Assembly: GCA_025201805.1 (NCBI GenBank)
Contig: MU619318.1
Coordinates: 62,001-126,000, forward strand
Source: Parasitella parasitica NRRL 2501
Lineage: Eukaryota; Fungi; Mucoromycota
Length of the DNA: 64,000 nt
Direction: 5' to 3'
Shown here: piece by piece, positions 49,559-63,042 of the stretch
Numbering within the stretch: the first letter of the stretch is position 1
Layout: each line of letters starts with the position of its first letter
Notes under the pieces: generated by a model
What the model saw: only the letters and a program-made list of their open reading frames with translations
What the model was told of the DNA's origin: nothing
Databases searched by the model: none
Translations under genes and position numbers: made by a program

Positions 49559-50749
49559 ATTTTCTTGTTTTCTATCTTTATCTAAGCAATAGATCCTCAA
49601 AAAGAAGTGAAAGAAAGAGAAAGAGAAGAAATAAACTAAGAGTTGGAATATATAAAGAGGGGAAGTGTGCAGAATTAGGACTTTTAATAATTTCGGCTCA
49701 GTGTGTGTATGGAAGTTGTTTGAGAAAAAAAAAAAGGCCATTATTAAACATCAACAACCATACATGGGCATATCGAGATATTCTCTACCATTATGCACTC
49801 CTTTTCTTTTTTGTTCAATGAGAAAAAAAAAAGTTCCCTTTTACTCGAATGGCTGCACGGGAGAGAACTCTTTTCTCGCTTAACTATGCAATGTATAAGA
49901 TCGTAATCCTGTCAAATGCCAAGTAAGGGCCTTTTCTTTTTGCATGTTATATGTTACATAACTGCTTAATTTAATTTATTGAGTTCATAGTTCCATACAT
50001 AGGATTGTATAAGCAAAGAATTTGGTACACTATTTGAAAAGTTAAATGTGATTACATAGCTTCCTCTTACGCTACAAATTTGCTTAGCAATTGGCGCAAT
50101 GAACCCTTCAATGCCTATTCGTACAAAGTTTATTACTAATAATCAGATTTTGGAAATAGCAAGCAAGCGAATATAGCGCTATAAAAACTGTTGGGCTACA
50201 TGCTAGTACATTTAAAAAGGGTGCATTCATCAAAATTATGCAAGCAAATGGCCTGAGCATTTCTTTCGGCCAGAAATCTACCTTTACAAGGCATTTGTTT
50301 CATTGTATGTTACCATATGCACAACTAGTGCTCTATTATGAAAATAACGTTTAGCTATTGCCATAGTGACGTTGCTTAGGCATCAACTACACGGTGTCAG
50401 AGCATCGCCGCGCATCCATTAACAAATTCAGCATAATTTGCCTGATTTAAAAATTTATCGGCCAAGGTATCAAGTGAGATAATTCATAATCATCTGCTGC
50501 TTCATTAATTCTGCGATTAGCAATAAAAACTAAATATATCAACCTGATTCTCAATCCCCAAATGATTCCACTACTTTGAACCATCTCCGTGTAAAGTGTT
50601 AGCTTTCCATAACGCTTGCGTATATAACTTGTGCAGTTTATTTCCGAAAAGCATTGATACCATTCGGAAATTACACGCACAACGATATATAAAGGACGCC
50701 TAGTACAATGCTTCTTTTTCTTTGTTAACAATACCAACGGTAAAAAAAA

Positions 50750-52371
50750 ATGAGCAGACTCTTTCTTTACCTGCTGGTTATAACAGCATTATTCATAACA
50801 CTGGCGTTTGCCAAAAAGCATAAAGACATTGAAAGTGTTCTTTCCGAAGAAGATATAGCTGCTGCTGAAGAGGAAAAGATTACAGCGGATGCTCTTAAAA
50901 TGGGAGCATTGAGGGTTGGTTCAGACAACATCCTTGTGCCTGATGCTTCGGCTGAACACCCCTTGATTATTTCTAATCCAGAAGACCAGCCTTTGTGTAA
51001 ACCAGATGTGGAGATTCAGCCTTCTCGCTCAATCAAAACCATGGAAGGCTATGAGGTGCTTGTGCTCACCAATGCTATCAGTAATCCGCGAAAAATGATG
51101 ATTGACCCAGCCAACCATGTCCTTGTTGTATCTCCAGAAAACGGCGTGTATTCTATCCGTATGGACAAGTGTGGGAACTCTGATGTGCAGTTAATCGTCA
51201 GTAATGCTCAAATGGATCAACCTGTAGCCCAGGGTATTGCCTTGTTCGACCACAACTTGTTTGTTTCGACTGCCAATTCTGTTTATAAATTCCCATACAG
51301 TGATGGCCAGCACTCTCCTGCCGAAAACGGTGTCAAGATCTTGACAAACATCAACCCCGAAAATGCAGGCGCCATGCCTGATGTTGCTATCGATCCTTTT
51401 GGCCATGCTTTTGTGCCCCGTTCTGTCGCAGACGTTCACAGTAAACTAGATCCTTCAAAAGCCATCATCAAGAAATTCAACCTCAAACTTATTCCCGAGA
51501 ACGGTTTTGATTACGATGCAGATGGCGAAGTGCAGGCCTATGGTACTAATACTCATGGTTCTATGGGCTTCGATGCTCAAGCTCGCTTATGGGGCATTAA
51601 CGGCATTCCTGCCTCAGAGATTAGGCGTTCCGATATTAGTGCTGATCACGGTAAGATAGCTTATGCTTATTTCATCAATCTATTAATTGCGCAACCAACT
51701 GCCATGAATGCATAGATCTCTCATCAGCAGGCCTCGCTGAAGAACTCAACTTGTACGAATTTGCAAAGACAAACTTTGGCTTCCCTTACTGTATGACAGA
51801 ATTTGACCTCAAGGATATTTCCGCTTCATCCAAAGGATTGGGTGCTCAATGGGCTCACCCTACATTCATGAACGAATCTGTCTCATTGGATGACTACTGC
51901 CAAGTGGAGGCAAACAACATGCGACCATCTGTCCCGCTCAAGCCAAACTCAATTGCCACTTCTGTTCATTTTTATATGGGCGAATTTTGTTCAGTTGGCG
52001 ATTCAACCACTCAAGGTTCATCTGTAGGCCTTCCATGTAATTGGACTGATACCCCTATATTGGCTAACCATGGCGTAGCTGGCCAATCCGGTGGACATAA
52101 CGTTGTTCGTCTTCACTTTGATGATTTGGGCCATAAGCCTCGTTGGGATAAAGATCCTGAAATAATTTTAGAAGAAGCCGAGCCATGCAGTGACAACGGC
52201 TGCATCTCTCCATATGGCTTGACTGTTGACAAGTATGGCCGCTTATTTGTCAGTAGCGATACGACTAATGAAGTGTTTATTGTCTCGCGCACCTATAATC
52301 AGGAGGCAGTGAAGCTATTAACTGACAGAGCTAACGCTGAAGATGATGAAGGAGGAGAAGAAGAAGAATAG
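50750..52371 (+). CDS. Secreted six-bladed beta-propeller, sorbosone/PQQ-dependent dehydrogenase (AA12)-like, degenerate
   Basis: Signal peptide; NPRKMMID, EELN, FGFPYC, PYGLTVDKYGRLFVSSDTTNEVFIV; intron 51651-51715. Confidence 0.7.
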
Positions 52372-52440
52372 TTTTATTTCATAATACTAATAAAAATGAG
52401 GGAATACTGAATGTTTGGTTATATTTACATGGAAAACGCT

Positions 52441-53541
52441 TTAATCAAAGATGGGTCTGTAACCTAATCTTCTGCGGCTGTATACTTTGTAGCCAAAGAA
52501 GCCGACAATACTTAGAATACCGCCTGTGATAATAATGATTGTCAATAACACGACAATTGACCACACGATAGGAAGGCCGAATAGACCTCTTCGAATTGGC
52601 AACAAGACGGTATCAATGGCAATGACGCCTCCACCACCTGACACACGCCCCAGACCAGTAACATGCGCTCTATCATTATCACCACCGTTCTTGACTTCCA
52701 CAAACAGCTCTCCCTTTTCGTTTTCTCGTATGGCTACTTTATCGTCATCTGAAAGTAACGTTGAATATTCGCTCTTGTCATGTCGGCTTTTGCTGTTTTC
52801 AGACGATAATATCCATCGATCTTGCCATGCAGTAGGAATGACATGCAGTTTTGCCACTCTTTCTAGCTGATATTGGTCGCCAAACAGTACGTCTAAATCG
52901 ACATGCGCAAAGGCCTTGTCGGATGGCGCTAATACCACCATGTTATCTTGATTGATCTTATCCAGCAAATTTGCCTTTGTTAATATTTGTGTCATTGTGC
53001 TGGCCTCGATGCCCACCAGAAGATGCTGATTGGAGATTCTTACTTGATTGGGTATTTGGACTTGAGAGATCTTGTGAACTACGCCGTTTGAGACTAACGT
53101 GTTTGCGTGTGTAACAATAGCAGCATTCTCATTCATGCCATTGCCTTCGGGTCTACCGATAACTACGGAACCTGCTTGATTTTGGCTAACACGCAAAGTA
53201 GAGTTTGCTAGTGTCGCTACCTCATGCACCTGAGATTTGATGTCGTCATAATACAGTAATGACCTTGCAGCATGGTACCTTAATACAGTCTGTAAATCAG
53301 ACTTGGCTGATGAATGCACCAAATATTTTGCAACGAGGCCCAAATTCTGAAAGGCTTCATTTGTGGGTACAAACAGCGTCAATCCTCTGGTGTTTTTGAT
53401 CTCATCTGCTACTCCAGACGCATAGAGTGTAGCAAGGAACGTTGACAAATCGAGATTGACGACCAATTTTCCAAGAATGTCTCCTGGAAGCAAAAGGGGG
53501 TCTGAAATCTGGTATATTATGTCGTCATGGATGCCAACTGA

Positions 53542-53578
<37 letters not shown>

Positions 53579-54493
53579 AGCTGCGCACTTTATAGGATAC
53601 ATTTGGAATACTCACTGTTATCTCCAATGACTCTAGATTTACCAAATTGGACTGATCGACTAAAAGTAGTAATGCTATTCTCCTTTTCAACATAAACAGA
53701 CAACCGTTGGTAATTGTCATCAAGATCACTTGACTTGAATTGTGATTGGAGCAGCATGTCGTCGATTAGATTTTCTGGGGGCCAAGAACCCTGAACAATA
53801 TGATAGCGTAGCCAAGACTTTGATACCAGCGATTGATTCAATTTATCAGGCGGTGGAATCAAGAAGGTATAGTTGAGTTCCTTCTGGTCGATAAAATGGC
53901 TCGAGTCATATTTATCAAACAACTCGACCATGTGAGTGCCGTTTGAACCATACAAGTATTTTCTCGTGTTGAAGTCTATACCGTTAAACTTGAATGTATC
54001 GTCAATTTCATGAATGACTCCATTAGCAGCAATGATGTCAGTCTTAACAATTGGGATGTCGTTGACTGTGGTTAATTTTTTGTCTTTATCAGCTGCAACC
54101 ACCAAGGAATCTCCCGATAAAGATTTATCTATACAGTGAGTGTGTTGGTTACTATTACTAGAAACTACTCAGCGCAAAGATATAAAAGCAAATCCTTACA
54201 AGTCGTTTTTCCTGAATTGAATTCATCAATGTAAATTGCTTTGTCGATGATGGCATACTTGAAAAACAGAGACAAATCATCTTTTCCATATTTTGATTCA
54301 AGATATGAAGTTTCAATCGTATTGAAATTTTCCAGAGGGTTCTCCTTTTTTGATACTATAACTGTAAACGGTCTGTTTTCTCTCAGTAAATCAATGATGT
54401 CAGTTGAATTCATGAGGTTAAAAACAGCCTTGTTTCTATCAATCATAGAATCCCCTATAATTTTTCATGCGTCAAGGTATGACTACATAAAGG

Positions 54494-54566
<73 letters not shown>

Positions 54567-55049
54567 TAACATACCCAATGACATAGGCGGCTGCAATACT
54601 CTATCGATAACCTGAATATGTGTCTGGTTGTTTACTTGGATATCCTTTTCAATAATCTTGGCTTGGTTCACAAAGGTCTTTTTACCATCTTTTGTGATTT
54701 TCATGCGTTGACCTGTTTTGCTATCGGGGCCTAAATAGCCTGGCCTAACATACATTGTTTCCTTGAGTTGTCCATGATAAGTATTGTCGATTATCAAGTC
54801 GTTCTTCAGTAAATGGTATAACAGGATTGAACGATCAATTTCAAATTGGCATTTCTTGAACGCCTCGTTGTCAGGCGCAAATAGAGTTCCAGATTCAAGA
54901 TTGTTGACAAGCGTTACTAATTCCAAATGCTGGATATGATCCAAAAGCGTCTGGAACTTTTCATCTTCGGACAATGCATCAATAATAGTTTTCAAGGCTA
55001 CTACAGCATTGAATAACAATAAAAAAGGGAATATAAATGTTTTTAGCAT
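52441..55049 (-). CDS. Multi-fasciclin (FAS1) domain type I membrane protein
   Basis: Signal peptide; repeated TLFAPDNEAF/TLFVPTNEAF and NGVIHEID/NGVVHKIS motifs; C-terminal TM and RRRLGYRPIFD tail. Confidence 0.92.
53544..53574. repeat. (GA)n microsatellite inside a FAS1 intron
   Basis: About 15 GA units. Confidence 0.9.
54497..54565. repeat. Poly(T) 69 nt (poly-A on the sense strand) inside FAS1 intron 1
   Basis: Uninterrupted T run between the GTATGT donor and TAG acceptor on the minus strand. Confidence 0.85.
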
Positions 55050-55167
55050 GATGTTTAATTATAAGAGAGAGAGAGAGAGAGAGAGAGAAAAAAAAAAAAG
55101 GAAAGCGAAAAGGATGGCATTTTTATAGCATAAATTCTAGTAGTCACTGTAAAATCAAATCGATTGT

Positions 55168-56653
55168 CTAATGGCATGCGCCAAAGAGAGGTCTGTCAGA
55201 AGGGATAAAGCACCAGAGTACCAGCATGACAGCGGACATTACAATACAGGCACCAGGCATTATGAGGATACCAAATTTACCTGCAACTTGACCTGTTAAG
55301 AAGGGGAATAAAGCAGCACCACCAGCACCCAATCTACATGTGCGCTGTTATAAATGCATGGTCAACAAAATTTCACATTTTGGTTACTTACGCAGCCATA
55401 AACCCGATGGATGTTGCATGATAACTTCTAGGGAGCGCTTTTGACGCTAATGAGATGGTGGTTGGAAACATTGGTCCCAGCAATAAGCCTAATGATACAA
55501 AAGCTATATATATATATATGTATATGAATATAGAAGATAAGATACGTATTATATTAATATCCACGTGTGGTATTGCTGGTGTGCGTCTTACCTGTGGAAT
55601 CAAGGAGAACATTGGAGGATACAGTCATAATGAATAAACCCCCAATAATCATCATAGTAAACAAAGTTATCATTAGCTTTTCGCCAAATCTGCTGGACAA
55701 ATAGCCCAATAAAATACGGCCACTGGCTAGACCAGCCCAGTAGCCGGAAACAACATTTGCCATTGCAATGCTATCTCCATGTCTACCTTCTTTCAACCAG
55801 GTATAACCCCAACCACCAAGAGTTACTTCGACACCGACATAAACCAAAATATAAGCTGCGCTGATCAATGTCACCCGATTACAGATGGCCATCTTGGTCA
55901 ATTCTTTATGATTGACCTTGACGCTGTCTTGCTGCTCGTCTTCTGATTCCTCCTTGATTTCTTCCAGATTGACCTTACAGAAGCCAAACGCCATCATTGC
56001 AATGTTGAGGATAGCTACGAATGTCAAAAAGATGTACATTCCCTTCCAGCTGATGTTGTGTTTCAGTAACAACGAGGCTACTAATGGAGATATCATAGCA
56101 CCAACGCCATACAAGGCTAAATAGAAGATATTAATAAAGGCAAATTTGAATAAATGGCCAGCTTACCGTGCAAAACATTCAACATCAGGGTTGCAAGGGG
56201 TACATTTGCGGTATACACATTCATACCGGCGTCCAAAACAGCCATTCCAGCGCCTACAAATGGCATGGTACATGCCATGACGGGGAAGGGGAATCCCATG
56301 GACAGGACGATGAATGAAAACAGCATGAGGGTAGCACCAAAGTAGAGTGTATTTAGCTGGCCAATTTTATGTACAATGTAGCCGTTTAGGCCTGCGCTGA
56401 TAAAGAAGCCAAACGCAGAACACAAAAATAGCAAGGAAATTGTTTCGTTGGAGATGGCATAGTATTCCTTTAGCCTAGGAATGATCGTACCAAGACTTCC
56501 ATCATTTAACCCTGCTACAATGCTGATGAAAAATGCTGAAGCTAATGGCCTGGCATAAGGCTTTAAATCTTTCAAGGTTTCTTGTTTTATTTGCTGCCTG
56601 TCTTGCTGCAATAAAGGCTGGTTTTCTTGATTTGATGATGATTGATCCGTCAT
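55168..56653 (-). CDS. MFS transporter (TsgA/BSC6-like)
   Basis: AGLNDGSLGTIIP, NVLHALYGVGAMISP, YVGVEVTLGGW, GYWAGLASGR, GPMFPT, GAALFPFLTG. Confidence 0.9.
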
Positions 56654-57494
56654 ATTTTTTTACTTGAAAAAAAAAAAAAAATATGAAAGAGATGCGATTA
56701 GAGCTTAAATAATTATAGAAGAAAGAAAAAGGACAAATGAAAAGCAAACAAATTTTAGACTAAAAGGCCGCGCATCTTACAGAAAGTAGCAGCAAATTAG
56801 GGACAAAGCGGGTAAATGCCGAGAGATGGATTTTCACATCCTCAAATCTTGAGACTTGGTCATTACCAAGCTTGTGCAGAATCTAAAAAAAAAAAAAAAA
56901 AATTACTCTGCATCACAAGTTTTCTTGCGACTGTATCGCACAACCATCAATTACACACTAGAGTACAAATGAATATCTAGCTATACATGTACAGCATTTT
57001 GTTTATGAATTAGATAAACCTCTTCTTGGTCATGCTGGTATCTTGTAATTGCAAAAAATATATACATTGTGCTCTGAAATATGTGTTACCGTCAATTCCT
57101 TCGTTCTTTATGGCCACAGGGGCAATAGAGGTCGGCAAACTGCACAAACAAATCCGTAAGACGTCAAGTTGGCACAATATTTGCAACCCCTGAACTGAGT
57201 TGATCTGTCCACTGTTCTGCTTCTGTGTAACCGGAATGAAGCCAAGTATTCATCACATATTTGATTTTTGAAAAGAAATTGCGAGGTCCTGATTATATCG
57301 CTTTTGACGTCTCATTCGAGTAGCTCCTCTAATACAGATAATGGGAATGTCTCTCAAACTAGTGGAAATCAATTGACATCTATCATACAACGACTCAACA
57401 CACAAAACATTTTTTAGACGCCCCTATTCCATAGCAGTTGATTATTTATAAGTAAGTTATCCATCGAAAACTGGAGAGAATCATACAAAATATA

Positions 57495-58538
57495 TTATAC
57501 ATCGAAAAACTATAAATAAACAAGTTATGTTAGCACATATTGTATGAATTGCTATGTCAACCACAAGTTACCTCCGTTGTGTCGGGTTCATCCATTCTTT
57601 GTTTAGCTCTCGCAACTCTGTCAGCCATGACAGGGTCATCCTTTAAATCAATTCTAGCAACAGTTCTGCTACAACCAGGAATAGGACAAGGAATCGCATG
57701 AGAATGTGAAGGGAATAACGAATAAATGGCTTTCTTTGAGTAAGTGTGTTTGCATTTGTTACTAGAGATGAAAAGACATGAATAATTGTTGAAATAAATT
57801 TACGGTTTTTATACCTTGTAACTGGTTCATCAAGCCAAACTGTTGTAATTGGACATTTGAGTGAAATTCTGGTAGGGCCCATCACTATATCATCGTCGTC
57901 GTTACTACTGACAAGGCTAGGCATCATTTCTTCAGGATGATTAACATTCTATCTAATGCATTAGCTGCTGCTATATACTGACAACGTAATGTACTAACCC
58001 AAATTTGCTGTTTAAACGCAAGGTACTTTTGGTTTGAATTAATTCTCGCTTCATCATCAACAGCTTCGTTAGCCAGTGTTTGTTGTATTTTCTCGTAATA
58101 CGCTATGGGATCAGTCTAAATTGATATTTAGTCGATGAGAACAGTCTAATTGCTTGAAATGCACAGGGAAGCTTACTATCTTTTCGCCATTATTGATGCG
58201 CTGTTTCAGCAAATTCAACGTTTTGTTTCCCAAGTCCAGTCTATGCTCAAAATTTACAAATTGTTTAAAAGTGCCATCTAATGTGGATACCTCAATGAAA
58301 CAAGTTAATGAGCTAGTCCTGTCATTGCAAAATATGGCATACTCACTTTATCAGGCTGGTTAGCTTCCTCACGTCCTTGAGCTGCTAATGTGATGGAATT
58401 TTGAGCTTCTTGAATCAAGTAATAGACATCATTTACATCATTTGCCAAAGAAGGTTTGAAGTTCGTGCTTGGATCCAAGGCGAATCTATCTTGGATATTT
58501 TGAAGCGTTTGTTCTACAGATGTTTGTTCTACAGACAT
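57495..58538 (-). CDS. MMS21: Nse2/Mms21 SP-RING SUMO E3 ligase (Smc5/6 complex)
   Basis: DDDDIVM...ISLKCPIT...EPVTSNKCKHTYSKKAI...CPIPGC after splicing; helical N-terminal half. Confidence 0.85.
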
Positions 58539-59344
58539 ATTCCAACAAATTTGTTAGCAAAGAAACTGCACAGCTAATTTTTTCATCGAGTCCAAACACT
58601 GCCGCGGTTGTTACCATCTGACTGGTTTTTCTGCAATTTTATGGTTAACAGCACATGCGATCAAGTTGTCCTTGCAACGGCAGACTTAAAAAGAAGCAGG
58701 AGTAGATATTGTCTGGCACCATCCACGAGCGGTTTATTATCTAGTTTATCAAGGGAGAGATGGGAATTGGATAAGAGAGACCACTAGATGAATTTGAAGC
58801 ACTCTTATTAAAAAGCTCTATTCATGTAAACCATAAAAATTCCCCCCCCCCCTTCTCATTGTTTAAAAGCGATATTTGCTATAATCTGCTCTAATATCTT
58901 TGCAAACCACTAAGCGATAGAAATACAACCTTCACCCAAAATATTGTTCTTTTGCACCATTTTACAACATATCAGAGCTTCATTTGAACCCCAAACCTCA
59001 TGTTAAATTTTCAGTTTTCATCTTTAGGACAACCTTCGGGGTCATTTGCAAATACGGACTTGAGGTCCATGAAATACATACATCCTAACACTACGGTATT
59101 GGTGAGTGGTAGATTAACGTTTGCTATGTTTTTTAATTTCTCATATCTATGTTCGCTCTCGATATTTTGACAATCTACTTGACAATAAAATGAACTAGAC
59201 AACAGCTCGCGAAGAAAGTAACATGGAGGCTATTTTGAAATGTCAAGGCAGGTTTACTTGTCTTTTATTTATAGTACATTTTAATTATTTCTTTATAATT
59301 AGATAGTAGTGGTATTATATTGTAATGTATTTTATCGAGTGTCT

Positions 59345-61253
59345 TTAGAGAGTACTATTGGCGTTGTCAGCTTTATAGTCAAGTTCGTCTTTAACTAATC
59401 TACCCTGATTTTCCTCATCATTTCTTCCCAGAGTCCAAATTTGAGCAAACCGGTTAAAGCTAATGCTCTTGGGATTACTGATTTCATAGAATTCACCATC
59501 ACACATGACACACATGATGTTTTTCTTTTCATACTTGTGTCTGAACATATCTTTTACAAAAGCCTTTGCTTTAACCCATGCAGAATTGCTATCGACTTTA
59601 TCCACTTTCTTCATGTGATGTTCAGGTTCACGAAAATTGATCTCAAAGGGTGAATCAAACTGACCGATACGGGAAACGTGGTTACGAAAATTGGCAAGTT
59701 TTTTCAAATAACTAGTCATATTCTCTAGACTCATTACTTCAAGTCTGCCATCATTAGCTCGCTGAGGTTTCCAGTTATTAGGATCACAAGGGCCAGAACG
59801 GTTCAACACTGACTCCAAACCAGATTCAGCTTCTCCCCATAAATCGACCTCTCTCCCCCTATAAAACCGTGGTTAATGTCTATATAATAATGCATCGTAC
59901 TACTACTATACGACTTACCAAATATGGGGAATATTTTGGATCACCAAATCAATAGGGTCTTTACTGATCTCTGGCAAGTTGGATACGGTCCTATTTTTGG
60001 CCTTTTTTTCCTCAGGAGTTGGCCAATCAAGCAGTTTTTCTCCGTTTTGAGTAAAACTCTTGATGAAATGCGTTAGATCGGGAAATCTCCTCCAAAAGAC
60101 CCACTTGGAACTCTCATGAGCATATATCATCATATTCATTAGCCTATTTCCAGCACGGTGAGCTTCAAACCCACTACCAACAAAGCCTTGCACTCCTATC
60201 GACATGTAGTTGCTCATTTTCCTGACCATGTCGTGTTTATTTTCGCTTTTAGGTTCTTTCACTTCGGCTACGTCATGACCATCTTTTCTTTCTTTCGGAC
60301 CAGCTTCACGCACATATCCAGAGGGATACGATGACATTTTGATCTGCCAGATATCTAATCGAGCAGCCTCTGATTTTTCCAGCCTCTCAGCAATCAATTC
60401 TTCAAGATTTTGTAGTTTTGATCCGAGAATGTTTTTATCGGGTATTGTGCGACCCCATCCTAAAACCTGACTAAAGTCATTGCCAGTGCCAAAGGGGATA
60501 CCTGTTGAGAAGAAATTTAGCATTACTTGTAACGAAATAGCGAGACAATGACCTACATGAGAAAAATACAAGGTCCAGATCGATTTTATGCGTCACCAGT
60601 AGCTCAAATACACTCATGACGGTTCCATCGCCACCAGCGCTCCAGACATGAATTTGCCTGGTTTGCACAGCATTTGATAAAATACCTTTTTCAGAGCTAT
60701 TGGCAGACAAAGTGCTCTTATTTTCAGACGTATTCTGGGGTTCGAGTGGTGGTAATTGGCCGAAATTCAACTTTGCTTCGACCAACTGGATGTTCTTTAC
60801 ACCGTTCATACGATCCTCATCGTCCAAAATATTGTGCACTTCCACTTGAACTTGAGGAAACTTGCGAAGGCGGAAATGCTGTATAGGCAGGTTGATCAGA
60901 TCGCTGCCCTTTCGGTCGCCGCTCAATGGATTCACAAAGATGAACAAGTAAATGCTGGGTCTCCCTTCTGTAACTGTGTCATCCAGTTTGACAGAATTGT
61001 GAATTTTGCCCTCGGTAACATATGCTGAGGGCCTTTTGTCTGGGTCGGCGTTATTATCTTTCTCTATTGACGGAGGAGGGGTATCGAGCGCCTCATTAGC
61101 AGAAGCAATTGGAGTGGGGCTGCTGTTTCGTTCCGCAAAATCCTGGCCTGGACCGTTTGATTAGCTTCGTTCATGCTTACATGACCGATGATTATTACCT
61201 AGTATGGGTTTATCTTTATGATGATCTCCAGCTTCTTGATTTGCTGGCAGCAT
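59345..61253 (-). CDS. Diacylglycerol kinase (catalytic plus accessory domain, no C1 domains seen)
   Basis: FIFVNPLSG, SAGGDGTV, IPFGTGNDFSQVLGWG, NYMSIG, DGRLEV, MCDGEF. Confidence 0.9.
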
Positions 61254-61260
61254 GTTGTCC

Positions 61261-61275
61261 NNNNNNNNNNNNNNN
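61261..61275. other. Assembly gap (15 N)
   Basis: Run of n characters just 5' of the DAG kinase ATG. Confidence 1.
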
Positions 61276-61522
61276 AAAAAAAAAAGGAAAAACGACTAAA
61301 CCACAATCTATTTACCATGTCTTATTTATAGGCGCATAAAAGTTTTATGCCAAATATAGGCAGCCATGATGTAATAATGATTTTTTTTTTCGAGTAGACA
61401 TATTATACTATTTGGTCTCCTTTATGTAAGAAAACACAGGAGAATGACATTTTATTTGGTAATATTGACCTTATTTAGCGACAAATTTCTTTATCGAGCA
61501 ACAGTAAACATAGCGATCATGC

Positions 61523-62290
61523 TTATTTGGTATTATCCATGCTCGATGTAAGTGATGCAATCGATTCACGGCGTTCCTTTTGATGCGATGGCGGTTCAGC
61601 TTTTGTTATTATGACAGTACAAGGGCTGTTATGTACGACATAATCACTAACGCTGCCCAGCAAAGTTCTACAGGATTTCTAGCTGTGTAAATAGACATCA
61701 GGTGTCTTTTTCATACCAACGCAACAAACCTTTTGATTGTGCCCATCTTCCTTGCTCCCATCAAGACTACGTCAGACTTGATTTCTTTGGCCTTTCGCAA
61801 GATCTCGGCCTTGGGATCTCCAACCATAGAGATAGCCTTGCATGCGACCTTGATTTTTATTACATCAGGGAAACGCATTCGCTGTCGATGGATATATAAC
61901 AACATCCTACCTTTCTTCTGCTGAGTTCTTCTGCAAAGACTCTCAATAAATGATGGCTTTCTGTCCTTCTCTCTTCGCTTACATCATCTACATATCCTGT
62001 AGAGTTAATATAAGGAGCGACAGGTATATCCATTTGACGAACATGGACTAGAACCACCTAGAGACTCACGATAAATAATGCCGTCATTACTCGCTTTCTT
62101 GATCACTTACTAAATCTTTCTTTGGTGCGATAAAATTATCGAGAGCCCAGTGAAATGTAGTATCTGCAGAATCTGGGTCTAGGCAGATAAGAACCACACG
62201 AGTCAACTCGGGACTTTCATCAGAAGTGCCAGCATATGTTTGTACGAGTGTGTCAGTTTTTTTGAGGGTTAGATCTTCGGTATTGGACAT
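61523..62290 (-). CDS. Universal stress protein (UspA family)
   Basis: RVVLICLD, VLVHV, GDPKAEI, VVLMGARKMGTIKRTLLGSVSDYVVHNSPCTVII. Confidence 0.92.
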
Positions 62291-63042
62291 GATTATTATG
62301 AGGAAGAGAAGAAAAGAAGACGATAGACTAAAATTTTCTGGTAAAATATGCAAACGTTGAAAAAATGGGTTGATTTTTTTTTCAAGACATTTTGCATGAA
62401 TTCGGATGCACTCCACACTGCAACATGGGTTACATCATACTTGAATCTGTTATTTCTTACTTACAAAGCCACTCCAACGCACATGCACATGTCTTTGCGT
62501 AGACTTGAGTGTATATAGATGCAGCAAGGATCTGTTCAATTCAAAAAGTCGACTTTCATCCATTTGGGATCAGGTAATGAATGGCGGCAGGGCAAGCCCA
62601 GGGTATTATATCATATATGGACGATATATCGTTCACGCTCAGCAACAATGTGCCAAGTGCGAAGTTATACTAATAATTACATTACATTACTGTAAAAATC
62701 CTCCCCCCCCCTCATCCCCGCCCATCAAGTGCCAGGATCAAACAGATTACAGTTTCCAGTTTCAGATGGGGCTTTTCCTAAACATAGGATCACAATGGCT
62801 GCGTATTAGCAATTAAATCAATTAATGCATATAAATTGACATGGCTTCATTGTCATCTCACAATCATCAAGCGGGCATGTTCATCCGGGGCAACGATGCT
62901 ATTCATCCCTCTCTCTCGCTCCCAGTCACGAGAGATGACTGTCTGGAGGATTGCAAAATGAATGAGACCCTCCCCGAATGTCTAAAATCTCTTCGACTCA
63001 AGTGGAAACACCCCAGTCTATGGCTTTTTGTTGTTAATCATC

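Noticed and set aside
57255-57360. ATTTTTG Sm-site-like sequence suggesting an snRNA
   Set aside because: No U1/U2/U4/U5 signature sequences are nearby.
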